Shown: piece by piece, positions 25,101 to 38,800 of the stretch
Numbering within the stretch: position 1 is the first letter of the stretch
Layout of the letters: every line of letters starts with the position of its first letter
Assembly (NCBI GenBank): GCA_964016885.1
Contig: OZ024747.1
Coordinates: 71,982,001 to 72,046,000, forward strand
Source of the DNA: Eledone cirrhosa
Taxonomy: Eukaryota
DNA length: 64,000 nucleotides
Direction of reading: 5' to 3'
The notes under the pieces: generated by a model
What the model saw: the letters and a program-made list of their open reading frames with translations, nothing else
What the model was told of the DNA's origin: nothing
The model's database searches: none
Made by a program: the position numbers and the translations under genes

Positions 25101-26790
25101 ATTCATATAAATTTGACATGTATACATCATCATCATCACCGTTTTTCGTCTGTTCTTCCACGCTAGCATGGGTTAGACGGGTTGTCTTGTTGTCGGCAGT
25201 GTCCAGTCGGCTGACCTTGTCTTGCTCATACGGGAACTGATTCTGGCTTGATTTCTACAGCTGGATGCCCTTCCTAACACCAACCTCATTTACAGTGAGT
25301 GCTGGGTGCTTTTTTGCCATGGCACCTCCACGACCACTTTGCAGTGGAATGATAGGGACCCCAGTCCCTATCATCTCATTTCTACAGCTGAGTAAACTGG
25401 AGCAATGTGAAATAAAGTGTCTTGCTCAAGGAAACAACACACCACCCGGTCCGAGAATTGAACTCACAACCTTTCTATTGCAAGGCCAATGCTCTAACTA
25501 CTAAGCCATGTGCCTCATACATGTTTATATAATCATTCAGGAAGTGTCAGTTAATCCTGTATTATATATGAACAGAAATGTATTTATTGTATATTTGTAA
25601 TGTTACAGGCATAGTGAATTCATTTATGCATTTTTAATACATTACTCTATTTCTCTTTCCTCTTTGACAAGATTTCGACAGCATAATAATGAATAGAATA
25701 ATTAGAAAATCCAAACTACTGCGAAAAAAAAAAAAATTGCAGTGGAACAGTTTTTGTGTGTTTATAAATGGTTAAAATGCAGTAACTGTTTTAGTTTCAA
25801 CACACGGTCTCAGATCAAGTTACCTGCCAAACAAGTAGAACTCCAAAATATAGGGGATGTTCTGTACTAAAAAGAAAAAATGCATTTTAATTAGCAGCTA
25901 TGTTTCTGGACTTCTGTCAGTTCCAACAATGAGTGTTCCAGTTGTTCAAACAATGGGATCATCTGCTCATGGAATTAATGCGTGTAAGTGGTTGAGCATT
26001 CCACAGATATGTGCATCCTTAGTGCAGTTCTCAAGGAAATTCGGTGTGACAAAATGTATGACAGCATTAGTTTTTGAAGGCACAATTCATTTTTATCAGC
26101 TGAATGAACTGAAGCAATGTGAAATAAAGTGTTTAACTCCAGGACACAATGCCTAACACTCTAGCCACTAAGCTCACAAAGCAGCCATGACACTGTGATA
26201 GAAAAATAGTCTAAATAAAAACACAAATGATTCAAGAAAATATATTAATAAAATTGTTTTCCTAAATGACAGGTTGTGTTTCTTTTTTTTTTTCAGCAAA
26301 AGAACAAATTTTCAACAATATTGTAATGGGGTGATACTGGTATCACGATAAAATGCTCTCAGTACATGCTGTAAGGTGGTTGACAATAGGGAAGGCATCA
26401 CACCATAGAAACCACGCCAAAAACAGAGTACATGAGCCGGAAGTGGTCACTTGACTACTCTAGCTTCAGAACATGACAACTTCTATAACTAATGCAAGCA
26501 TAGAAAATAGACATTGAATGATGATGATGTAACTTCTAGGCACTTTTCACTTACAACAATATCCGTTGTAGAGCCTTTCTTTGTTTTATAAAGCGTGTTT
26601 TTCTAAGAAAAACAATAATGTTAGAAGCTTTAAGATTTAAGACAACAAAACTTACGCCTCAACAGCCATTGGAAACTCTTCACTCTAAAATAGAAACATA
26701 AATTACAATATCATTTTAACATTTTAAGAAAATAGTAAAAAAAAAAACCCCTCAAATTTTCAAATAAAAAATCACAAAAACAATATTTAA

Positions 26791-26834
<44 letters not shown>

Positions 26835-29800
26835 AATTATTGTGTAAAGTGCTCAGGTGCACTACAACTCGTCAATATAGTACATAGAATAATATACAAA
26901 TGTCAGGGAAGTACATGTGTGTATGTGTTAGCTGTAGTGTTGGCGGATCTCGGGAAGCATGGAGGCCTTAAAGGAAGCAGTGTCTCGACAGCTAACAACT
27001 GATGCAGGTAGTTTGTTCCATGCTTCAGCAACTCTGAGCGTGAAAAAATGTTTCCGAAAGTCATGGGAACTGTGCTGTTTTCTTACTTTGTGGGCATGTC
27101 CACGTGTGTTAGACACATGGAAATCGAAAAGGTACTCAGGGTTGTTGTTGGCAACATGGTTAACAATTTTGTGGGTGTTTACCAAGTCAGTTGCCAGGCG
27201 TCGGAGCTTCAATGAATCCATGCCCAGGGAAGCAAGGCGCTCAGAGTATAGAGAAAATTATAGATATAGTATAAATTAGAAATATCTTACTATGTCATAA
27301 AGCCTCTATGAAGGCCTTATTAAGAAGAAACAATATCTTTAAAAACAGTTATGTGTGTTTGGGGTATTTTCTTTAAATTAGGTTTTAGAATAATTATCTC
27401 CATAAGAAAGACAGTAATTAACATAAGACTTAATTAATGGATACTGGTTTATAACATAGTATGTGATGGAAATAGAAAAATGTATGGCTCCCAGCCTAGA
27501 AAAGTAATGATAGATACACAGTCTAAATGTAGGTTGCGTTTGTAAGCAAATGTTTTAAGAATAATGATGGCAAAATGTTTTTTTTTTTAATGGCTAATAA
27601 CACTTCCTATCCCCAACCACTTTATAGCATGGATGGGATGTATTTCCTCATGCTACTGACTCTAGAGAGATTGGCTGCAATAGAATTAAGGGTCCCCTTT
27701 TCTCTGTGTCAGTTATTATATGGATTGCCTACTCCCCTAGACAAGTTGCCTATATGCAGCTTACAGAATCTACACCTGTTGTTTGCTCTTTCCTGTTTGA
27801 CAGTTGCTATCTTTCCTATCACTTTACAACATGGATTAGGTACATCTTATCATGCCATTAGCACAAGAAACGTCTACAGCAGGAATAATAAGTCACATCT
27901 ACTCTGTATCAGCAACCTTTTCTGTAACTTGCAGGGCTCACATCTCCACGCAAAGACAATTGTCACAGTCCGAGACAAGATGGGTCAGTCAATGTCTTGC
28001 TCATACACTGTCAATGTAAATTGATGGCCTGAGTTCTGAATATCAGTTGAGAGAGTACCTAGTTTGTGAGTTTTAATAAATATGGGAGATTCCAAGTCGT
28101 CAACTTTGATGAGAGGTGGTCCTTGGTCTTTTTACCTGCCATGCTAAATTCCTACAAGTTACAGAGAACTAAATATTGGCTAATTTAACTAAAAAGGAAG
28201 TACTTAGAAAACAGATATGTTCCCCTTTGACAGAGAATTCACAAGAGGTAGAGCATTATGCTGTGATAGAAGTTTGTAGAAGCCAAGTCAGCAAGATGAA
28301 GAGAGGATAGAGATTTAAATAAAATTATGAAATATTTTTCAAGAACACTTACCATAGCAACAGTAGCTTTATATGTTTTACTATTTTCTTTTGATATTGG
28401 AACACGCCCTAAACAAGGAAATTTTCCAGGATAGGAATGTATGTACTCTCCCCATTTTACACTTGGCTTTGGTGGTGGGGCCAAGGAACAACGTCTTTCT
28501 GGTTGCTATACAAACAAGTAAATATGCAATTAAATATGCAGTAACAAATTCAATTGTGAATAACTTAGATCTTCACAAATAAAGTTTGATTACTCATGTA
28601 TACAACAATCTAAATATGAAAAGATGACTATATTATTGTATTTTCCAACCCAATCCAGGGCCTTCCCACTCTTGTTGGAGGAATCCCTCCTTGGTTGACC
28701 AGTAGCTGATAGAAGCCTGACCTAGCCATTGTATTTTAATACTGATTTAATAGAAACCAATTACAGTAGACCAACTTCACTTGTCTTAAGATCAGGCTTT
28801 TCAGAAAACTGGGTAGATTTTGCAGCTGAAAATTATCAGTGTAAATTCATTGAGAAATTTTTCATTTAGAGAATCCAGCACTTTGTTTTATCCATTTTTT
28901 TCTTTAAAACTTTAGATTTGTTTTTCCATGCTGACAAATATGGAATCTTCTTTAACACTTTGATATAGCATATACAGTTATAAAGATCAAATGTGTTCCA
29001 GTTTTGACCAACCTAATCTTTTATAGGGCAACGTTGTATAATGTATATATATATTTTAAAGGTTGTAGAGTGTGATTTAGAGGAGATTTGGCTGATAATT
29101 CTAGCAGACTGAGTGACAACATAGAAGCTACCCCATTGGTTCATGATTACATAGAGTGTGAGTAGGGTTTACTTTACAGCTATATAAAATATGAAGAATA
29201 TTCAAGGGAAAACCTTTAATTTCTTTTGTGTGAAGTGTAGAAAATTCATCAGTAAACAATAAACATCTTAGCATCAATCAAATTCATTTATTAGTCAATA
29301 GTAAAGCACAGTATACCCTCTAAATGATAAATGAAATTTCTAAATATTTTCATATGTTCAGTGTATGAGTTATAACAACTGTCTTTTTTAATCCCACCTC
29401 CTATTTTGGGTTCTCCTAGATTAGAGAATAAGAAAACTGAGGAATGTTTAAGCAGTTGAAGATTAAATGGAATTTTGCAAGTTAATGATCGGGAGAAAAT
29501 GATGGAAAAGGAAAGAAGACTTCTAGTGAATTGTCATCCAGAAGATTGTGTACTGTTTAGTATTGAGTCAGAGGAACAAGATGTAGTGTTGATAAGAGGA
29601 GAAAAACAAGTAGAAAGAGAAGGTTAATAAGTTTAAAGATCATGAAAGCAAAAGCCTTTACAGTAACAACAAAGAAGAAGGCAATGATCAAAATGTGTTA
29701 ATAAGATTTGGCTTGCTTATCAGGTAGCTTTTATATGGTCTAGAATATGTGTATGTAATTGGTGTACCTTCCTATATAGCATTTAAGAATAGGATTTTTG

Positions 29801-32800
29801 TATTTTGTAAATGAAAGCATGCTAAACTTTATAATCAAATAAATTGTCTGGAAAAAAACCATAGAGAGTGGAAAGAAAATGTTGCAGATGGAACTAAATA
29901 AAATAAAATTAATGTATTAATTATTTGTTTCTTTTCAACAAATTCATATAAAGTTTTGTTGAGTCAGAGAAATAATTAGAAATGTACAAGAAAAGCGACA
30001 TAATATGATTGTGCAGGAGATTAAATAGAAAAGTGTATGATAGAAAAAGAACATAGTTATAAGGTTTTTAAAGAAGGTAATATTATCAGAATTAGAATTA
30101 CAGGTATAATAGAGAAATGACAAATATGGAGTAACGGATAAAGTTAGGATGGATGACAGGACTTGAATGTTTAAGCTATTGATTAGGAAATAGTATTCAA
30201 CCAATAGGTAATTGGTAAGAGTGATTTTTATTAAGTTTCAGTGAGGATAACCTAACAATAGATTATATAGATATTTTAATTACAACAAAGACTTTAAATG
30301 TTGGGAAATATCTAGAAAGATATACAAATATGAATAGGGACTATAAAAAAATAAATCTTTCTGTGGTATCATGCAAATGAATTCACCAAATAGTTAACTA
30401 CAAGACAGGTATCTTTTTTAAAGACAATCAAAAAAGGTGCAGCAGTGCTCATAGCCCTTGCAGGCCTTCTGAGTCTGATGATGTAGACATAAAAGCCAAA
30501 AGAAATTATTCTAGGATGAGAGACAAAAGAATGAAAACAGTTGCTCAATAATAATTGTTTCTACTTTAGGCACAAGGCCAGCAATTAACCAGTACATTAC
30601 TGGTACTTTATTTTATCGACCCCATAAGGATGAAAGGCAAAGTTAACCTCGGCAGGATTTGAACTCAGACCATAAAGGGCCGTAACTCATTGCTACAAAG
30701 CATGGCGTCCAACACTCTACCGATACTGCCAATCCACCTCCCAATAATAATAGGCTGTCAATAAAAAAAGTTATATATTCTTTTCATTTGAGGCTTTTTA
30801 GAAGTTGTAGAGAATATTTAGACTGCTTTAAAAAAAAAAAAAATAATAATAAAGACAACCTTACTTTTATTAATTTACAAATGCTGATTTTATGCTTACC
30901 ACAGCATTCCAGCCTTCACAGTCTATACATAGCTAAAGTAATGGAAATAATCATAAACAATAACTGTATTCACCACCATAAATTTCTTCCCAGTCTCAAT
31001 TGTGGTAAAAATAGTTACTGATATCAGCAAAACAAAATAATACTTCTTTGTGACAGACCTCCATTGTTTGATCAGCAGTTAAGCTGACAATACCCTTGCT
31101 TTCTTTATATTGTTTTCATTGGTTACTTTATCCAATATATTCACTCATTTTCAAGATGGTAAGGGAATATTTGAAGGAGTTTTAGCTGCAATAAAAATTG
31201 TGAAGGCACATGGCTTAATGGGTTGATTCCTGAACTGGGTAGTGTGTTGTGTTATTGAGCAAAATATTTGATTTCATGTTGCTCTTTCTGCGAAGAGTTG
31301 CAACAAACAGATGGTATCATCAATGGAAAGACTATAGGAAACGTTTCCTTGTCCGATTAGACAATTAGCTGCTTTCCTTTTTCGGCTTCAGTTTTGACAA
31401 TTTTGACCACAGGAAAGCTATACTAACCCCAAACATTGCTCCTCTGAACTAGCAAGCTACATACTGCATTAAACCAAGCTTACTTTATTCACCTGTCTCT
31501 TATCATTCACAAAGCTTTAATTCTTAATATCCTGTAATGATTTAGCAGAAAATACCTATATATAAGTTTGTTAATTCAAATTTTTATATTATCTTTACTT
31601 CTGAATAGATCATTGTGAAAATATGCAGTATTAGTAAATACTTTAATGTCATACGGTCATACTGTTCATATTTTTCAAGAATGTCTTGCTAATGCCATTT
31701 CATTTGGTATAGGACATTAAGAGTTAAGGAGTTACGAATGGTTAATGTTGACTTCTCTTAACAATGGAACAAGTTTTGGTAGTGAAGCAGTATTCAGAAA
31801 GCCTACTGAAATTGAAAAGAGAATTAGAACAAAAAGCAAAGTTTGGATATTGGGGAAAAGATTGGCTGTGTTACAGGAATCAGGATTTAATTTCTTTCAA
31901 TGTTTTTGTGCCATCAGAACTTAGTTAGATCCTCAGTAGGTCTTTAAGACCATGGAAGTTTTATGGAAGACCAGCAGTCACCCATGAATGTAAATCTCCC
32001 CTAATCACACAACATATGTTATACAAAAGAGAAAGGCAAAGACTGATATAGCTTAGCAACAATGACAGCGCAGGCGCACTCAGAACTCAAAAGGCCAAAT
32101 CATGTATTGTAGGACATCATGTCCTAACAATTCTGCCAATCCACTGCTCAGGATGGAAGGTAATGCTAACCCTACTGGGATTTGAACTCAGTACATAGAG
32201 ATCCAAACAAATACCATGAAGCATTTCATCTGACATTCTAACGAGCTTCCCAATTTGCTGTCATACCATTGGAACTAAATCATTAGCACATGACATATAT
32301 TCTTAATAAAACATACTTTCAATATCTTAAAAAATATTTTTTTTTTACCTTTCCACTTTGCCCTATATCATCCATGATTGTTCCTTTGCAGAAATTTTCA
32401 TGAAGAGCTTTATTTCTCTGTAAATCTTCTATAGTTAAATGTTCTCGTCTTCAGGTGTAATAAATATAAATAGATCAAAATTCATATAAGTTTATTAATA
32501 TAACAAAACATATATAAAAAAAAACTATATTTAAAAAATAATAGCTACAGGTATAATGGATGAATGGATAAAGGGCTGGCTTACTGATTCAAATTTCATA
32601 AGTTAAATACTGCTCTACCACACTGGAATGTATCCAGTGTACTCTGTAAATGATGGTGCTGATGCCATGATAAAATGTACCCAGCCCACTCTGCAAAATG
32701 CCACCAGCATATGCTGTAAAAATAGTAGTGTTGGTGCCACAATAAAATGCATAAGATTTTGTGCCGTTGTGCAATCTTGTGGCCAGAATGGGCAATGGCA

Positions 32801-35800
32801 GCATTGAATTTGCAAGAAGTTTTTCTTTCTTATAGTATCAAAATCTAAGTGAAAGTTAATGATAAAATGTTCACTTTTATATTTCATAACGATTATCTGA
32901 CCTACCCCGCTCGATTTGTATATCAAAATAAAAAAAAAGTCCTCTTCATGACACTATAATTTTCAACACAAATCAAGTTATAGTGCTCCAGTACATTGAA
33001 CTAGAACTAGCATTACCATTCAGCAGTCAAAAACGAAAACAGGACAAAAGTTGTAAATGGGTGGAAATAAAAAGGGTGATTGAGGGGATCTGGCATGATA
33101 CGAAAGAGTGTCGGATTTTGATCAAAAGTATACGAGAAGAAAGTTCACATCCACAACTTTCGAATGATATATAATTGTCTATGGGAAAATGTATTTTGAC
33201 ATGAAAATGATCAAGCATAAATTTGATTTTTGTGTGGTGAACTGTGCTTGTCTGCCCCTTCTCGGAGTGCTACTGTGATACCTAATATAACCTTTTAGCA
33301 GGTGAGACAAGAGACAGTGAGGAACTAGTGACTATCAACATACCTATAATTAACACAAGAGGTGGTTCTCATGTACTACAATTTGTAGACATATAATAAA
33401 ACTTGTCAGTTTTGTACTATAATATAACAAATGGTACTGCAGGCAGGATCCAAATTGGTACTACATAGTTGTGATATTTTGCAACTACTACTTAAAACAA
33501 AGAAATTGAATGAAGATGATGAATGTAGTGGTTCAAAGAAAAGAAAACTTATTTCGATTGAAGACAGGTATAAAGCTATTAAGAAAATGTTTCTATAAAT
33601 GATTTATCCAAAGCAGAGAGAGCATGCATTTAAATAAGATATATAGAATTGTTATGAACAATCATCATCATCAGCATTTAATGTCCATTTTCCATGCTTG
33701 CATGGGTTAGATGGGTTGTCACCTTATAAGACAAGTAAGGTCTAGAGACCACATCTTGCTCATACAGATCTGTATTTTGGCTAGGTTTCTATGCCTGGAT
33801 CTCCTTCCTAACACCAATCATGTTAGTGTGGATCGGGTGCTTTTCGTTGTGTCAGCAACACAACCACTTTACAGTGAGGATTGGGTTCTTTTTGTCGTGC
33901 CACCAATACGACCACTTTACAGTGTGGATTAAGTGCTTTTTTTCATGTACCAGCATGACCACTTTACAGTGTAGACTGGGTAATTTTTTGTCATGTCACC
34001 AGTATGACCACCTTACAGTGTGGACTGGGTGCTTTTTGCTGTCACCAGCATGACCACCTTACAATATGAGGTAAAAAAAAAAAGATGGTCATTACTGACA
34101 AAACAGATTCATGTTCTTTCTTTGTGAGATTATTCTAAAACTTTTGCATTATTTTCCTGATGAATCTTGATATTAAGTGTTTGATAAACAACTAGTGAAA
34201 TGGAATGAATTGATTGAGTCTTATTGAAGGCATGTATCAGACATCACACAAATCAAAGAAGCTGGAACAACTTCAACTGGTAAATACATCTTTAGATCTA
34301 TATTTATTTGAACTTAATGCAACATGAAATGGTTTCTTGTTTCAACAGACTCAGTTTGTCTATTGAAGCACAGATTTTTTTTTTTTTTTTCAAATTCTCT
34401 TGTGTAAACAAACAAAATAAATTTCCAAAGTCTAAAATTTTGATTATTCTTGAATTATTTGAAAATGATAGGCAGTGTCTTATATTAGATATAGGGTGAC
34501 AAAAAGGTTAAATGTCATAGTCTAGTAAACTTTCAATTCACATTCTTGGTAATTATGAAATTATAAAATAATAATTGAACAACATGTAATAGAACATGTT
34601 CTACTTAGTAGCAGCAAGTGACCTTTGCCTATCATTGTTGTATGAAGTTAGTCCAGAAAATATTTATTCACCATCAAACAAGAAAAGAGTTGAAATTTTT
34701 ATTTTAGGATTAGTTAATGTTTTAGTCATTACTTGCTATTCATAAATGATTGAACAATTAATAAATTTTTGCAAAAAGACAAATTAGTTGCACAAATTCA
34801 TGGAGTTGGTTTGTAATTATTTTGCTAGGTGATACTTTTTGATTTATTTTCATTTATGGAATATATCATGTAAATAGTTTAATAGAAAAAGAAAAAAAGG
34901 AAAATTTAGATTGAGAAGAATGGAATGTAATATAGAAAAATATAAAGAAAAGAAAAAGAAAAAAAAAACAGATTCATCAAGTAGCACTTGGAGAATATTT
35001 TTTCGAGGTCTCTTTTCATGGAAGCAGAGTATGTTTGTTGTGAGATGCTTAGGTTGAATATAGGCAACATCAGGATGAGGAGGAAGAGAAGTGTGAAATG
35101 TTCTAGGCAACACTACACAGGTTATCAACATAAAGGAAGAAGAATACTGGGGTTATAACCTAACCTTGCGGCACACCAGACTTTATAAAGTTGAAACAAA
35201 CCACATAACAGTCAACATATTAAAATAAAATGGTCATGATACCAATTATCAATGTCCATATTCTTAAACAACACAGTGATAGCAAACCCAGTCATACATT
35301 CACATCAAAGAAGCTTTGCTTAAACACATTTTCATTTGTTAATATCACCATCATTTTACATCTGTTTTTCCATGATGGCATGGGTGGGACAGTTTATCGG
35401 AGATCAAGTCAGAACTTTCTCCTAGACAGGCCAGAGCAGCATGTCTCACAGTTTCGATAGCTGGATGGCCTTTCTAATACAAACCACTCTACAGAGTGTA
35501 CTGGGTGTATTTCATTGTGGCACCACCACTAGGAAGATTGTCATGTCAAGGATATAACTAAAACAACAACAATATCATTCTGAGAGTTTTTACAAAACAA
35601 TTTAAACATATTTTATAATAAAAACAATAATTTACTTACCTTTTCCTAGATTCTAAAATTAGTCCGCATATACTATAGTAATCAGCTGGAAATGAACCTA
35701 CTAATTCCTGCAATAAAAGAAAATATATTTACAGCACATATACAAAAATAGCTAATGAATTTCTAGTCGACATAATGGTGATGGTGATAATAGTGATGAT

Positions 35801-38800
35801 GATGACGGTGGTGATGTTGATGATGGTGGTGATGATAGTGGTGATGTTGATGATGGTGGTGGTGACAATGATGGTGGTGGTGGTGACGATGGTGGTGGTG
35901 GTGATGATGATGGTTGTGCTTTTGAAGAATGTCTAGGTAATGCGTTTTCGTGTGGTACAAGACGTTAAAAGTAAATATGATTATAATTTTTTTTAAACAA
36001 TTAACCTCATCTTGAGAGATAAAACATAAAAAAAATATTTGCTTCCACACTTCATTGATCTTTATCAGGTATCTTATATCTAAATATGTTACATAATACC
36101 ATAGTAGATACACAGCAGACAGCATGTGTATAAGTTACAGAGATGTGAGAGGTGGGTAAGTTACTTGAAATACATTTAGCAAAGGACCATAATGCATGAT
36201 TGCAGTTGGTGAGACTTATGTACTGTATACTATGAGTCACATTAAAAGTATTTATTGCAGTTGGGATATTTTTCTCATCTAAGTTGAAATTGAAATTGTG
36301 TAGGTGGTCTCAGATGCATTAATGTAAGGCACATTTACTGCTATGGGGGTATACACCAGGGATCTCAAACATGCAGCAAACTACTTTTCTATGACCCACA
36401 GCAGAACAATTTTCATGACTAATATTTTCTTAAAACTTGGTAATTTGTCCTTCACCCCTTCCATACTCGTGCAACAGCAGTATTAAGTATTAAATAAATA
36501 GCAACCTATCAGCTGTATTGCAGATTAGCATTCTAAGTGGTGGAAATCATGCCCTCCTCCCACCCATCTCGCTTTTGGACCATTGTACCTCTCCTACAGG
36601 ACATAATAACCATTTTGAGTCTGGTATACATTACAGATAAAATAAAGTTTTTTCCAAATAGACAGTTTACTGTATTGCTTGATGGTTCAAATGCTATATA
36701 ATTTCAGGAATATCATTGAAATAATCATCTCAAAAGTAATTTTCATATAATGTTTTGCTAATTGTTATTGTCTTGATCTTGAAAAATATCCAGTTGGTAA
36801 TGACAGCAGTTATAAATTCATTTTGTATTTATATGCATACATAAAAAAAAGTAGAAAAAAGTATTTTAAATCAAACTTGGAACTAACTGTTTTATCTTCT
36901 TTGAATAACCAACCACTTTTCATACGATGGAAGGTAATATTTTTAGTTGACATTTGAGTGACGACAATGTCATTGCTCATAAGGAGATCCACTTCATCTT
37001 CAAGATCAGTATCTGTTTCCTACAGAGAAAAAGATAGTAAAAGATAGAAAAAGCCAGAAGCTAATAAAAGTGTTATTTATATATTTATGTATTACTTTCC
37101 AGGTGATTATTAAGAGTGTACAAATTTAAATGAGTTTCCACCATCAACATAATCTAATGTCAGTTTTCCCTGCTAGCAATGGTTGAACAGATCAACACAG
37201 ATCAAGTCAGTACTTAATTGGAGTTCCCAACCTCTCAGGTTGCTTATATTTCCAAGGATACAATGTTTGACATTGAACAGAGACAATATAGAGTCTAAGA
37301 GTCTGGATGATCATCTGACAACCTCTCTAGTGTTGGTGCCACAATAAAATGCACCCAGTCCACTCTGTAAAGTGGTAGTGGTAGTGTTATGAAAAAACGT
37401 ACCTAGTACACTCTATGTAAAGTGGTTGGTGATAAGAAGCACATCCAGTCACAGAAACCATGCCAAATATGGAATGTATAAGCAAGATATGGTTACCTGA
37501 TCAGCCTAACCTCAGTATGTGACAATCCGCCTCAACCCATGCCAGTGTGGAAAGTGGTCGTAAAAACAATGAAGATATACTTCAACTGAAATTGTGCAAG
37601 TATATATATATATATATATATATATATAAGTAACCAAGGACAAGAAGTCATAAGTTCTTTTGATGGTTTGTGTGATTTAACTCTTTAGCATTTGAACTGG
37701 CCATATCCGGCCAGAATTCTCTCACCTCTTTCTGTTCAAACTGGCTGTAACCGGCCACTCATACTGATGTTCAGGTATTGTTCTCAAAATAAACAACATT
37801 AAAATCTCATAGATTTGATGTTATGTGAGATAATTATGTGAGGTAAAGCCTTTACCATGAGGATACAATAGTAAATATAATAGTATACATAGAGTAATGT
37901 AAATGCTAAAGGGTTAATACTGACAGTGAATCCAAAGAGAGAGGCAAGTTGACAAATTTTTAAGAAGTACTATCTCAGATAGTAAAAAAAAAAAAAATTT
38001 CTCTCTATATAAAAACATAGGTTGTCAAAAGCATGCACAAACAAACATACAACCTTTAGCCAATGGAGCTAAGTATGGTTCATCACATATAAAATGTGGA
38101 ACCAAAGAAACAAAAATAAAGTTTAGCAGAGTAAACAGACACAGACACTGTAATATAGCCCAGCGGTCACCAACCGGTGGTCCAAGAGAACATTTTGGTG
38201 GTCTGCAGAAAAATTTGGACATTATTTGCAAATTTTGGTTAAAATATATCTATAACACCCCTAAAAAAATGTTTCTCCTCAGTTAAGAACTAACATCCAT
38301 GAAAGAATTTTACAGATATGTATCAACTATTGACAATATGACACACGTACGCTTCAGTATTGTTTAATAAAATGGATGATCTTTGATCAATATTTTACAA
38401 ATGTATTTATCTTTTTTAAAAAATTCAAATTAATGGTCGACAGGATTTAAAATTATGAATTTAGTGGTCCATGAGGTCCGAAAGGTTGGCTACCACTGAT
38501 ATAGATGACATATTTATGTTTAAAAACAAAATTGCCCCAAACTATTTATATTATCAATATTATGCTACTGATTGAGTGGCCACTGACCTATAAGATATAG
38601 GTCAATAAACCACTCAGAACTTATTTATTTCTTTATTTTCATAACATTTTATTGAAACATTTAATTTTATAATATATATATTGTCATTATTTTCAAATTA
38701 TGTATTTATTACATATACTAGCAGAATAACCGTCCCCCCGGGCGGTTTTCTGCAAGCATACGTAGTGTGCGTATTGGTTTTATACGCAAATATATATGCT

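Noticed and set aside
29370-30380. Purine-skewed tract suggestive of an ancient minus-strand LINE (similar at 4740-4978 and 5805-6400)
   Set aside because: Only composition and vague remnants; no diagnostic motif, so it was not annotated.
35763-36125. Poly-histidine ORF
   Set aside because: It is a translation of a GAT/GGT microsatellite inside an intron, with no splice or domain support.
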